NCBI RefSeq assembly: GCF_009914755.1
Contig: NC_060925.1
Reading direction: 5' to 3' (one strand)
DNA: 64,000 bases
Origin: the human T2T-CHM13v2.0 reference genome, Homo sapiens
A model generated the notes under the pieces. That model was not told where the DNA came from. It saw only the letters and a list, made by a program, of their open reading frames with translations, and did not search any database. Each line of letters begins with the position of its first letter. Position 1 is the stretch's first letter. The position numbers and the translations under genes are program-made. This document shows positions 43,602 through 57,373 of this stretch, piece after piece.

Positions 43602-44090
43602 GAAAATTGATATTATATTGCACTTTGAATGCCCAAAGGGAGTGAATTGGCCCAATTTTGCCTTATACCACTTTCCAATACCTTCACTTGGAGTGACTTA
43701 CACTGTGGTTAATTGCAGTTACAATGAAGAGATTAACATGGGAATGTCATAATAATTGAATCTAAAGAAGACATAATTTCAAAATAAGAGCTTGAGTAAT
43801 AATACCATTGTGTAACAATCTGATTTCCATCCCTCTTATTTTTCCTATATTATGCAGTTTAGTTCTTTACTATCATGTGTTTCATGTTTGTTCGGTTTTA
43901 CCAACACATCATTAGTAAATTGAATGTAGGGCTTCTCATTTCTTTTGTAATCCTACATCTAAAAGATTTTAGTCTTTAGAATCCTCTTGAAATGTTCTCC
44001 ATTTAAAATGGAGAAATAGTTCATGCTCTCTCATCTAAGTAGGAGCTAAAATCTAAAAAATAAATAAATAAAATAGTCCATCCTCTATTA
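43602..44090 (+). other. Putative LRE2 L1 empty site plus its 3'-transducible unique flank ending in clustered AATAAA
   Basis: Seen: unique AT-rich segment starting GAAAATTGATATTAT, with AATAAA at 44059, 44063 and 44067. The LRE2 identity is recalled from memory and not verified. Confidence 0.55.
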
Positions 44091-44111
44091 TTATTATTGA
44101 ATACTGAATTT

Positions 44112-44741
<630 letters not shown>

Positions 44742-46849
44742 TGATTTTATTATGTTCTGAAATTTTCCATGCCCATTCATTCATTTCTTCGTTTATACAT
44801 CTATACATCTAGTACAGCCAACATGTATTGTACTCCCATAATACCACGTTATGTTGTAACTACTTGTTTCTCCTTCTAGATTTGAACTGTATGGAACAGA
44901 GACTGTGTGTCTATAATCTTTTCATCTGAGGAAGTGCTTAGTAGATCATAGGTGCACAATGAATGTATTTTGATAAATGGCATCTAGTAGAATGCCACGT
45001 ACCTGGCAGGTAATGATTAAATGCTCTCTACTGGCGAAGACAACACTGCTTTCTTTTACTTTCTGTTTTCATCATTTTTCTCATAAATGAAAAGTTTGAA
45101 ATATTTGAAAAAATAAAACTCTACCTTTTGACTGGAGTTTAAAATTTCATTACCATGCAAGATCCTATTTAGATAAAACAAACAACCTATTTGGGAGGTG
45201 GGTGAATATTGAATGCCCCTGAAGCATTAAATATTTTATCAATATGCATGATTTTTCAGTAGATTGATATATGCATAATGGCAAGAAACCTTAGGTGGGA
45301 ATCAATATGTACTATATTTTAAATCCTAGTAGAATAAACAGAAAATGATGAAAAAAGCAGTGAATAATTATTTCTATGTTCATTTAAAATTCTGCCTCTG
45401 GTTAAACTGAGCAGCCTTTTCAAAATCATTGGAACTGTAATAACATGCCATTAAATGCTTCTGCTTGTTCAGTTTTTCATTTGCAAAGGTAATCCATGCT
45501 TTAAAACCTGGAAACCTTTGAAATATGCATCAGGCAGGAGGCTGGTGTGGAGATTGCCTTAAGGTCAGGGCTTTCAGCTCCTTGGTTGCTGAGTCTGAGG
45601 TTTTCGCCAAAGGCCACGAAATAGCCCTTCATTAACGGGTTCTTGGCGGCAAATATAATTAACAGCTAGCCATAGATCAGAATGTTGTAAAGGGATAAAT
45701 GTCTCCTGTGGTGTGAAAATAGGACCAAAGACGCTGATCCTATGACAAGAGTCCTATACACTCATCACCCTATAGTTGGTGGGGATTTGATTTAACGAAA
45801 TGGTTTGGGATAAAGCACCTTTGTAATGGTGGTGGTTTCTGACACATAGCACAATCATTTGTGGTTCTGGCCTGTATAGAGCGCAGCTGCTTGACTCCAC
45901 ATGTTGGCAATTGCTGTTTTACCAAAGCCTTTCCCAAGGACTCTCATGGCAGGCCAGTTAGATGCATGTTTGCACAGGTGGTAAATCGGCTGTTTTCCCT
46001 GGAAGTTATCATCTTCTCTTTCCAGTTTTTCCGTAGAGGGTCACTCAAGGGTGACAAGAAGTTTACTGCTCCTTGAAGGCTCAGTCTGCTGTCGCCAGGG
46101 CTGCCAAAACACAGCCTCAAAGAGACAATGATTTGAACCTGGTTTGCTGACTGCTGTCTCTAGACTCCCTGGCACCACTCAGTTGGGGGAAGAAAAAAAA
46201 TATACCTGGTAGCATTCAAGTCTAGAATTGTAATGAAGTTAGGGTGTCCAGATGTATCTTTTTAAAGGGATTAACCCAGTGTTCCCGGAAGCCTTTTGAG
46301 GATAATAAATTTACTTTCTCCAAAGGAGATAGGAATAGGAAATCTTTTATTGTGCTCATAGAGATTAGATTTTTTTGATAATCAGACCCTTACTAAGTAG
46401 GGAGGAGGTAGCTGTTTGTGTTACATAAACACACCCAAGTAGACCTTTATTTTCACCTTGGTCATTAGTGCATGAGTCTCTTATGCCAAGGTCCCATGAG
46501 CATACCAATTACACTTTGCTGAAGTCTGCTGTAACACGGTTAGATGGTGTGTTTAAAAGAAAAATTTAGAACCATCTTGGGCTGGGAAGGAGGGATTTTG
46601 AAATGCTAATATTTGCCTTTGCAAGATTATATACTGCTGATAACCCCTTCCTTCTATCATGGAACTCCCTCCTCTTTTGGCTCGACCATTTGCCAAAAGC
46701 TCTTTTCACACCCTTGACACTAGTCAAACTGGATTCCTTGCCATTTCTGGAACACAATATCAAATAAATATTTATCAAGTCCATGTTATGTGCCAGGTAT
46801 GATGTTATGTGTTCTATATACACAGACGTTCTTCAAGGTGATTAGTTAT

Positions 46850-47750
46850 TACTTGTTATTTCATTCAATCAAAAAATGCTTAATGAGCACCTACTATCTG
46901 TCAGGTATGTGCTAAGAAGGGAGGGTGTGGCTATAAATAGAGCAGATATGTTTCCTGTCCTCATGAAACTGACAATGTGGCAGAGGAGATAGATATTTAA
47001 TAATATTATAATATGGAGGATGGGAAGATATGAGACAGAGCAAGGAGATCTGACGCTGAGGAAGGGATGTTTATACTGAGTCATGAAGGAATTATAGGAA
47101 TCGGCCGAATATAAAGGGTGGTAGTGAATGCTGGGACTGAGGGAGGAGTCTAGAGGCATGCAGGCAAGATCAGAGAACAGAACAGGACTGCACCACCAGC
47201 ACTCTTGGTTCAAATCCTGGCTTGTCATTACTTTCCTTGTACTTTGGGCAAATCACTTAACTTCTGTGCCTCCGTTTCCTTATCGTTAAATGGTGATAGC
47301 AATAGTACTAATCTCATTGTTGCCCTGATAAATGAGTTGCTATATGCCCAGTTCACAGTAAGCATTATGTGAATGTTATTATTTTAATGAGGAAGTGACA
47401 GTATTTTGAGTTACCCTCTAGCCTAGAGTGTAGCATGTTGGAAGAACAGAGCAGAGTAAGAGGTGAGGTTAGAAAAGCTGATAGAGCTTGGATTATGAGG
47501 GACCCAGCCTGGAGAGAAGTCTTGAAAATATGTGAAGGATTTTCTTGATCGGTACGGCAGTAGGAAATCACTGAAACAGTTTAAGCAGAACAATGACACA
47601 ATGAGGCTTGTATGGGCCAAGCTGGTGGTCATGGAGAGAAGCAAAAATGTGTGGCTTGGCAAGCTATCTGATAGATAGACTTAACATTTGCTTATGGATT
47701 GAAAGTGTGAATGAGGAAGAGGGAAGAATAAAGAATGACGATCTGGACTA
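46850..47750 (-). mobile_element. L2 fragments with a nested + strand MIR (about 47170-47385)
   Basis: tcattcaatcaaaaaatgcttaatgagcacctactat; MIR core ttgggcaaatcacttaacttctgtgcctccgtttcct. Confidence 0.7.
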
Positions 47751-48443
47751 GAAAAGTGCTTTTTTGTCCAAATAACAGGGAGGAATCCACGAGAGCTGTG
47801 GGTACACGCGGGTTGATAGGTTTAGTGGTGACAGTTGAGGGATATTTTTTCTAAGGTTTTATATTTGTTCAGTGCTAGGAATGCCCTGCTGGGGATGAGC
47901 TGAGAAATGGGGGTGGTGGAGGTTTGAGGAACCACAATTTAGAACACATCGTAGTGAATAGGAGAGGGCATTTACTAGGGAAACCAAGGCAGGGTGAAGG
48001 ACTCCGGTGAGGTTGGTGATATTTACTTTTTAGTGACACCAGATTGCCTAGGTGTGAGGTTTTCTCAGCAGCTTTCAGCAGATCTTAGATGCAGAGGAGA
48101 TGAGCAGCTCAGAGCTCGAGGATCAGGATAATCAGATGATAATATTACTGACATTATCCAACATATATTGAAGCCTTAACTAGGTGCCAGGTACTGTTTT
48201 AAGAGCTTTACAGACATTATCTCATTTAATTAGATGCAGGCTGGTCTTAAAGTTGCATGAAATGTACTAGTTAGTGGCACATTGGCCAAATTCAAGTCGG
48301 CAAATAAAAACTTAGCTCTTTGGCATGTTTATTTTTATAGTTTTATATGTAAGCTGTGTTTCTGTGACTTCGCAAATCTATGGGGGAAAATTAGGGTCAA
48401 AATGACTCTGTCCTATTCACTCTGAAAAACTCTCCTGAAATTC

Positions 48444-48899
48444 TGTGTTAGTTCCCCAGGACCGCTGGAGCAAAGCACCACAAACCCAGTGGCTTAAACC
48501 AACAGGAAGTGATTGTCTCACAGTTCTGGAGGCTAGTCTGAAATCAAGGTGTCAGCAGGGCCATATTCCCTCTGAAACCTGTAGAGGAGGCCCCGTCCTT
48601 GCCTCTTCCTAGCATCTGGTAGTGGTTGCCAATCCTTGGCACACCTTGGCTTGCAGCTTCATCACTCCAGTCTCTGCCTCTGTAGTCACGTGGCATTGTC
48701 TGTGCATCTCTGTCTTCACATGGCATTTTAATCTTCTTATAAGGACACCAGTAATATCGGACTGGGGCCCACCCTAATGGCCTCATCCTAACTTGATTAC
48801 ATCTGCAATGACCTTATTTCCAAATAAGGTCACATTCTGAGGTACTGGCAGTTAGGCCTCTAATATATCTTTCCAGGGCACACAATTCAACCCATAATA
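48444..48899 (-). mobile_element. MLT1B/C solo LTR
   Basis: TSD AATTC at 48439-48443 and 48900-48904; ctcacagttctggaggc; ccaaataaggtcacattctgaggtact. Confidence 0.92.
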
Positions 48900-50533
48900 A
48901 ATTCCTTCCAATTAGTTCTGAAAGTGCCCAGGACCGCTCCTGGGTGGTCACAAGCTGGTATTCTTTGTTTCCGCATGCACTTCCCCTTTCCTGTTTTGGT
49001 TTCTTACAGCACTGTCTCCCTTCCTGCTGCCAAGGTCAATATACTGCTGCAAATGCTTCCCAAGCTGCAAAGAAGCATCAGAGGGACAATGCTCACCAAA
49101 AGTACCAGGGGCTTCTTGATGCTATTGCAGCCTGGTCTCCAGTCCTGTGCCCTCTCTGATCCAAGCTATAGGTTGTTCTGCTGTGTCAATTCTGAGTTCT
49201 CACTTGCTCCACATTGCAACCTGCCCGCCTTCCCATTAGTCCCCAGTCATTTTGTCGATTGCAAAGTAGTGCTCTACATTATGCTTTGTTTTTGTCCACT
49301 CCTCTGATTGTCCCTAAGCTCCACTGGACTAGGGGACAATCAGAATGACAGATGCTGTCTGGGACTTAATTATCCCTCCTGCTGATACTGACCTTGAACC
49401 AAACTTGTGAGCCTCACTTCTCTTTTCCCCCGGTATGATGGCTATTATGGGGCCTCTTGGTACAAATAAACTTCTGCTATACCTGGACATGTCCTGAAAT
49501 ATTAACAAGCATCCTAGGGTAAATGCAACTTAGTTTCTCAAGCCAAGACTATAGCTTCCCATGATATATTTAAATTAATTATACCACAAAATATTTAACC
49601 ACAGCATGAGGCTTGTCATCAATAACTGTTGGATTGGGCTATCAACTGGGACTGCTGCTGAAGATATAAAATATCATCTTCTGCCCAAGTAGAAAGGGCT
49701 TTCTCTATGCCCCTCACATTTAACGTCTACTCTCCTTCTTTTTCCAGGCCTGCTGAATAAACTGAGATGTTTGATTTCAGTCCACAGCCCCTTCTAGTCA
49801 ATGATAGCCTCTCATTGCGTGTAACATAACCATGCCCAGTAATATTCAGCTGTAGCACATCTTGCTTTCTTTTTCTTGTGAGAGCTCCTATCATTAAAGT
49901 AATTATAAATGTTTGTACCTAATCCTCACTATGATAATTTATACTTTCATCACAATAAGAAAAGGTTTGACTGTCATTATATCTGGGTATCTTTGATCCT
50001 AACCTACCTCTAGGTGTGATACCTTTCTTCCCACCCAAAATATCAGCCTAAGGTTAGTTAGCCAATTAATTAACCAACAAATATTTATTAGGTGTTTCTT
50101 ATGTGTTCTGCATTAGCAGAAAACAGACACAGGGAATTACTTTTTTGGTAATTATTATTTTAAGCTCTTCAAACCCTTGGCTAAATCATCCATTCTAGAA
50201 ACACTGAGTATCTACCTACTCTGCATCTAGGGGATAGAACAGAAGACAACAGAAGCAAAACAAACAAAATCTCTACCTACTAAGAATCCGTTATCCGGGT
50301 GGAGGACCCAGACCTTAACAATCTTAGAAATAATATATATCCACAAACTGTAATAAGAAGGGTAAAAGAAATGTACAGGGTCCTATGTACGATAGGGAGA
50401 ACCTGAGTTAGAATGGGCATGAATAGTCAGTAATAGCTAAGTTGAAGTTTGAAGGTTGTGCAGGAAGAAAGGGAGGAGAACATCTCATGCAGAAAAATAA
50501 TACATGCAAAAGACCTAACATAGATAAGAGCTT

Positions 50534-50838
50534 GCTAGTCGGGTTTGGTGGCTTATGACTGTAATCCCAGTGCTTTGGGAGGCTGAAGCAGGAGGATCAC
50601 TTATAGTCAGGAGTTTGAGACCAGGCTGGGCAACATAGTGAGACCCTGTCTCTATAAAAAAAAAAAAATTAAAAATTAGCCGAGTATGGTGCCATGCACC
50701 TGTAGTCCCAACTACTTGGGAGGCTTAGGCAGAAGGATTACTTGAGCCCAGTATTTTGAGCTTACAGTGAGCTATGATCATGGCACTGCACTCCAGCCAG
50801 TGACAGAGCAGAACCCTGTCTCTAAAAAGAAAAGAAAA
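50534..50838 (+). mobile_element. AluJ within a minus-strand L2
   Basis: TSD aagagcttg. Confidence 0.92.
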
Positions 50839-50957
50839 GAGCTTGATGCCTTAAAGAAAGACTAGTGAAACTGGAGCACAGTGGAAGCACTGGAGTCGGG
50901 TGGAAAAAGATGATGGAGAGAGAGAACAAGAGCCAGATTCTCTGTGGCCATGGGAAG

Positions 50958-52100
50958 TGCTGTGGCTTGAATATGCCCCCAAAAAGTTCATGTGTTGAAA
51001 ACTGAATCCCAGTGCAATGGTGTTGAGAGGTGAGACCTAAAAAGAAGTAATTGGGTCATTATGTCAGAGCCTTCATGAATAGATTAATGTCACTATTGTG
51101 AGAGCAGGTTAGTTATCACAAGAGTGGGTTGTTACAAAATGAGTCCAGCCCCTGCTGCCTTTCTCTTCCTTATGTGCTCACCTTCCACCTTCTGCCATTG
51201 GGATTACCCTCTCCAGATGCCAGCAGCATGATCTTGGACTTCCAAGCCTCCAAAGCTATGATCCAAATAAATATCTGTTCTTTGTAAATTACCCAGACAG
51301 TGATATTCTCTTATAACAGCAGAAAATGGACTAAGACAGAAAATAGGTACCAGAAGTAGAGTTGCTGCTATAATGGACACCTGAAAATGTGGTAAGGGCT
51401 TTGAAACTGGATTAATGGGTAGAAGCTAGAAGACTTTAGAGAAGCAGGATAGAAAAAGACTAGGTTGTCATTAACAGAGCATTAAGCATGATCCTGGTGA
51501 GGGCTCAGAAGAGAAGACTAGGGAAAGTATGGAACTTCTTAGAGATTACTTAAGTGGTTGTGACCAGAATGTTGGCAGAAAAATGGACAGTAAAGGCCTT
51601 TCTGATTAGGTCTCAAGTGGAAATGATCTGATGAGGTCTCGGTTGGAGATGAGGAGCAAGGTATTGGAAAGTGGAGTACAGGCCATCCTTGTTATAAAGT
51701 AACAAAGACCTTGGCTGAATTGTGTTCATATCCTAGGACTCCATGGAATGTAGAATTTAAGAGCAATAAGCTGAGATATATGGCAGAAGAAATACCTAAG
51801 CAGCAAAGCATTCAGGCTGCTGCGTGGCTACTTTGAACTGCATGCAGTGAGATGTGAGTGCAAAGATACGACTTAAAGACATAATTTATAGTTAAAAGAG
51901 AAGGAGAATGGCAAGATTTGGAAAATTTGCAGACAGGCCATGTAGAGTGAAGAAGCATGTTCTCGACCCTTTGCTGAAAGATTGGTTCAGATGGAAGGGA
52001 GCCAGAGGCTATTCATAAGGCAATGGGAGAAAGACCCCAAAGGCATTTCAGAGATCTTTGAGCCTGCCCCAGATCACAGGCCCAGAAATCTAGGAGGTCA
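50958..52100 (+). mobile_element. MSTC/D-like LTR (50958-51338) with adjacent MaLR internal sequence
   Basis: LTR ends ctaagaca, then gaaaataggtaccagaagt...cctgaaaatgtgg...ctttgaaactgg, the typical start of MaLR-int. Confidence 0.88.
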
Positions 52101-52789
52101 TAGACCCTCAAATCACCATGCTTATTACTCCAGGAAAAAATAAAAGCATATATTGAAGAAACTATTCATGTTGCTATGTGGAGTCTACTGTGTTAAGTGC
52201 TGTTAGGAGTGAATAACATAGGCATGATTCCTATCCCTAAGGAGCTAGCTGCAATTTGGGAAAGATTATTTCTCCAACTTTAAAGATTTAAGTGTTGGCA
52301 GAAAATAGTGATTCTTTCCTTTAATCAAAACATCTGTGAGACTCATAAAAGACAAAGCCATGTCAAAGGGAGCTACATAATGGCCTACGGCAATTTTTAT
52401 AGCCTGAATAAAAAGCAAAAAGCTCTTTTAAGTAACTGAAAGAAATCATCTAAACCACTGTTCCCTAATCACTTCGATTCAATAACAAAATAACCATGCC
52501 TTATGCCTTTCCATTTTGTGTATGATTGTTTTGTTTGTTTTGCTTTTTGGTCAGAGCTTACATGCAGATAACAGAAAACCACTCTAGCAATTTTAAGCAG
52601 AAAGGGCTAAATACGGGGAACGAGGTGCTTACAAATTCATTAGAAGGGCTGGAGGAGTGGGCTGCTGTCTGAGAAATCAGGAAGGCCCAAGAGAAATTCC
52701 TCACTCCAAGGGGATGTTCATTCCTATTCTAGTTTGCTCACAATGGCACTTTTATATCCTATAACCTGAGGTATAACTTAAAAAGTTGA

Positions 52790-53945
52790 CTACCTCCAAC
52801 ACAGTAATATAAAATGCTACAGAAAGAGGAAAAACTAAACAAAGGAAATTTATTACTGTATTCATAACAAAGCAAGGAAGAAAATTGGAGTAGCTAGGAC
52901 AGACCATATTTCTGCCTCTGGTCCCAAGCCCATGGTTGATATTTTTGACTTTCTTCTACTTCCAGCTCATGTTCCTTTTTTACCCTCAGCCAGCACCTCA
53001 GCTAATCATGCTACTTTACCTGATGCAGTAACTCAAACTTTCATTTTAAGGGGTTTGAACCCTTCCTGATCCTGCCTGTTGAGTCTCTAGGTGGAAGCCG
53101 TCTTTTTCTCATTATTAAGCCTTCTAAGTCAGCAGAGAGCCAAGAGCCACAAGAAACAGGTACAAAACCTTTGTGGCTGGGTCCTTATATGAAATAATGG
53201 AAGGTGATACTACCAGTTCTTCGTTTCTAGACTCCTGCCTTTATACTGGGAGAAGCAGCACTATGTATTGGCTATTGGTTAGAGCATTATCTCATTCTAT
53301 AGCACAGCATCCCAATTTATCAGGCTGCTGTTGACTAGTTGGTACCATAACTGAGTCTCCAGTAGGTTATTCTACCATTCTGCAAGGGCATGTGCTTGTA
53401 GGTGATGGGACACATGGTGAGACCAGTGAAATCCATAGACATCTCTTTCTCTCACTTCTTTGGTAGAAGCAATGCTGAATGGGACACTGTTTCTGTGGTG
53501 ATGAATAAAGGCGTTCACAGTCAGTATGGCTGGCAGAAACATAGCTGGCAGGAAAGTCAAATATTAATCTATAATGAGTATCATATTCCAGTGATGATAA
53601 ATAACTGCTTCTCTCCCTTGCCTCCATGATGAAAAGAAATTGATGTAATTAACCTGCCACCATGTATTTGACTGATCTACTTCTACTTCGAATATGGTAT
53701 TATATTAGGGACTTAACGTTGGTTTCTGTCACCATCAGGTTAAACAATCAGCAGTTGCCAAACTGCTGGGTGAAGGAAGGCAATATTTTTTGAGCCCCTG
53801 CATATCTTCCATCTCTGTTACTATGGCTACATTATCCATGAGCCCATTGACTAAGCCCCAGGGTGACTGGGGAAAGAGGTTAACTGACATCTATAGGAAA
53901 GAATTTTGTGTATCTGATTATTGGATGTCTTTTTGATAAGAGCTG
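52790..53945 (-). mobile_element. Decayed ERVL internal region (pol: integrase)
   Basis: Minus-strand frames give QWAH, TWWQVNYI and VPFSIAS..KEV..GFHWSHHVSHH, resembling ERV-L integrase (WWQVDYI, IPHSIASDQG, GIHWSYHVPHHP). Frameshifted. Confidence 0.8.
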
Positions 53946-54224
53946 TGGGTAAAATTCTTAATCCCTAAGACCCATTCAGGGTTTTTGGCTACAAATAGGA
54001 AAATATGACTCAAGTTAATTTAAGCAGAAATAGATTTGATTGGATGGCTTTGGGTAGCTCTCAGTATGAATGTGAAGGTAGGTAAATGACTCTAAGGAAA
54101 AGGCAGAGCCCAAGAAAGTTTTATAGTTAAGAACAGAACAGAGGTCATGCCAGAGGAAGTCAGGTTAGGACCTTGACTCTGGTAGTCCAACTTGGGACAC
54201 TACTGCCATTTTCACTGCTGGACT

Positions 54225-54530
54225 CTTTTATTTTTTTTTTTTAAGATGGAGTCTCACTCTGTCGCACAGGCGGGAATGCAATGGCGTGATCTCAGCTCAC
54301 TGCAACCTCCGCCCCCTCCTGCCCCCCCGCTGGTTCAAGTGATTCTCCTGCCTCACCCTCCCAAGAAGCTGGGATTACAGGTGCCCGCCACCGCACCCAG
54401 CTTTTGTAGTAGAGATGGTGTTTCACCGTGTTGGCCAGGCTGGTCTTGAACTCCTGACCTCAGGTGATCCACATGCCTTGGACTCCCAAAGTGCTGGGAT
54501 TACAAGAATGAATCACTGCGCCCGCCCAGC
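54225..54530 (-). mobile_element. AluS inside an old MLT1-like LTR (about 53975-54800)
   Basis: Reverse-complement consensus; TSD cact(g/c)ctggactctt. Confidence 0.9.
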
Positions 54531-55424
54531 CACTCCTGGACTCTTAAATCTGCTGCAGCCTCTGAGAATATTCTCTGCCTATTGCTGTCATTGAGTACTT
54601 ACACATGAGGCAAAATCCCTGACAGAAGCATCTGTTTGGCCAAATCTGGGCCACATGCTTCTTGTCAAGGAATTGGGATAGGGTTATATGCTCACTTCAG
54701 GCACAGTGAACTTGGATCTTGCCTCCCAACAAGACTTGAGAGATGGGGGATCCTTCCATCTAGGAAGAATGCAGATAGGCAAAACCTGACAGATGTCTAC
54801 TACACCCTCTAAGCCTCAGTTTTCTCATCTGTACAATGGAAACAACAATACCCTTTTAAAATCCTTGTCCTTTGCTATGATATTTTATCTGAATATCCTT
54901 TTCATCCTTATCCATTGCTGAGGATTAAATTAAATAATGCATGTAAAATGTAATAAATCTTAGTTTTTATTGTTTTTATTACTACCTCAATGTCCTGAAG
55001 CAATTTCTGCAATTCCTAATCTTGGATCAATTCAACTATCCTTCCCCTCAATTCCTGCTCTGGATTGCTGGAATAACTAGTAAAATCATCCCAGTTACAA
55101 TCATTTGTAATAGAATCACAACCACAAGGGGCCCTCAGTGCTGCCTGCATACCTCTTGCCCAGCTCTGTTCCCATTTCCTCGAGAACCAGTGGATTAACT
55201 TGTCTCCTTGAGAGAGGAAAGACAGACTTTGCATGTAAACTCCCTTAAATTCCCTCCCATCCACCCACTAACTCATGTATATTTGCGCTAATTATTGCTA
55301 TCATCCCCACTCCCAGGTCAGAAGTGATGTCGGGTCTCTCCTCCTTTTAAGGGCCAATCCCTCCCTCTGTCTGGACTAGTTTGCCTTCTCTGGGCACTTG
55401 CTTGGGCTTCCCTCCCTGGATTTT

Positions 55425-55736
55425 CTTGTTTCTTTCTTTCTTTTTTTTTTTTTTTGAGACGAAGTCTTGCTCTGTCACCCAGGCTGGAGTGCAGTGGTGT
55501 GATCCCGGCTCAGTGCAACCTCTGCCTCCGGGTTCAAGCGATTCTCGTGCCTCAGCCTCCTGAATAGCTGGGATTATAGGTGCATACCACCATGGCTGGC
55601 TAATTTTTGTATTTTTAGTAGAGACAGGGTTTCGCAATGTTGGCCAGGCTGGTCTCAAACTCCGGACCTCAAGCGATCCATCCACCTTGGCCTCCCAAAG
55701 CGTGGAGATTACAGGTGTGAGCCACCGGGCCTGGCC
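55425..55736 (-). mobile_element. AluS
   Basis: TSD tggatttt. Confidence 0.95.
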
Positions 55737-56882
55737 TGGATTTTCCGCATCTCTTAGTCTACTGGTTTCGTCTCTGTGACTTGCAGTATCAAATGCTGCA
55801 CAGACACTTTGTGACACTTATTGGATACCACTGGGTTATTAAATAGAACCCTTATTGTTTTTGTAGATTTGATAAAGGTATCTTGTAAAAATTAAAAGCA
55901 ACATAAAAAAGTGCAAGGAGTAAAAATCACTTGAAATCTCTAACCCAGAGATAGCCATTCTGAACATCATTCCTGATGTTGTCTCCCTGTTCTAACCCAT
56001 GTGTATTCTGTATCTGGTTTTACATAGAGAAAATGTATATCCCCTTTCTTTCCTATATAATCATTTTTTTCTTTCTTCACTGAATCATTCCCATCAGAAT
56101 ATATACCCGATGTTATTTCTCCGATTTGAAAAGCACCCTCTTTTATTTGATTCTAATCTATATATCACTTTATTACTCTGCTCCCTTTTATGGAAATGTT
56201 TCTTGAAATAATGATGAATTTCACTGCATGGATTTCATCTCCTCCAGTCTCCTTTGTGAATTTCTCCTCATCTTCCCAACCTTTAAGCATTGCCCAGGGA
56301 TCTGTCTTACAACCTCTTCTCTTTTCGTGAACTCCTGGCATCAAACAATCCTTTCACCTTGGCCTCCCAAAGTGCTGGGATTACAGGTGTGAGCCATCAT
56401 GCCCAGTCATTCTCTTTTCTGTCTACACTCACTCTCTGGGTGATCTCATGGAGTTTCGTGGCTTTAAATACTAACCTTATTCTGTTGACTCATATATTTA
56501 TATTTCTATCCAGGGCTTCTCTGCTGACCTCCAGACGCCAAGTTGCCTATTGGACATTTCCACCTGCATGTTTGACCTGCATCCTCAACATAACATACCT
56601 GAAACTGAATTCTCGAGTTCCTCCCTCCACTCCAAACCTGCTTCTTCTGCAATATTCCCAACCTTATTGTTCTGGTCACTCAGACAAAAGATCTTGGAGT
56701 CATCCTTGATGCCTCTCTTTTTGTCACATCCCACATCTAATCTGCCAACAAATCCAGTTCAATCTACCTTCAAAATACATTGAATTTCCAACTGTTTCTT
56801 TTCACCTCTGTTGCTTACCCTCTGATCAAAACCACCATCATCTCTTCCTTGGATTATTTCAGTAGTGCCATTACACTCCCCG

Positions 56883-57373
56883 TGTTGTGGGTGGACCGTG
56901 TTTCCCCAAAAAGATAAATAGAAATCTTCATCCTTGGTACCTCTGAATGTAATCTTATTTGGAAAAAAGGTCTTTGCCAATGTAATCAAGTTAAGATGAA
57001 GTCATACTGGATTAAGGTGAGTTCTACTCCAATAAGACTGATGTCTTTATAAGAAGAGAAAACAGACACGAGGAGTGAGAACACCACATGAAGATGCTGA
57101 GACACATGGTGGGAGAACAGCATGTGATGATGGAGGCAGAGACTGGAGTTACGTATCTATAAGCCAAAGAATGCCACAGATTGCCAGTGACAATAGAAGC
57201 TAAGAGAAAGTTGTGGAACGCATTCTTTGCTACAGTCTGTGAGAAAGCACAAGCCTGCCGAAACCTTGATTTTTAGACTTCTGGCCTCCAGAACTGCGAG
57301 AGAATACATTTCTGCTGTTTTAAGCACCCAGTTTGGGGTAATTTGTTATGGTAGCCCTAGGAAACCTAATATA
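56883..57373 (+). mobile_element. MLT1B/C solo LTR nested in a + strand L2 (about 56000-57450)
   Basis: tgttgtggg...ttatttggaaa...gtaatcaagttaagatga; gacttctggcctccagaactg. Confidence 0.88.

Noticed and set aside
51601-51652. Diverged 26-bp tandem duplication in MaLR-int (also short ones near 5186-5213, 8265-8290 and 26303-26336)
   Set aside because: Ordinary slippage duplications with no sign of function.
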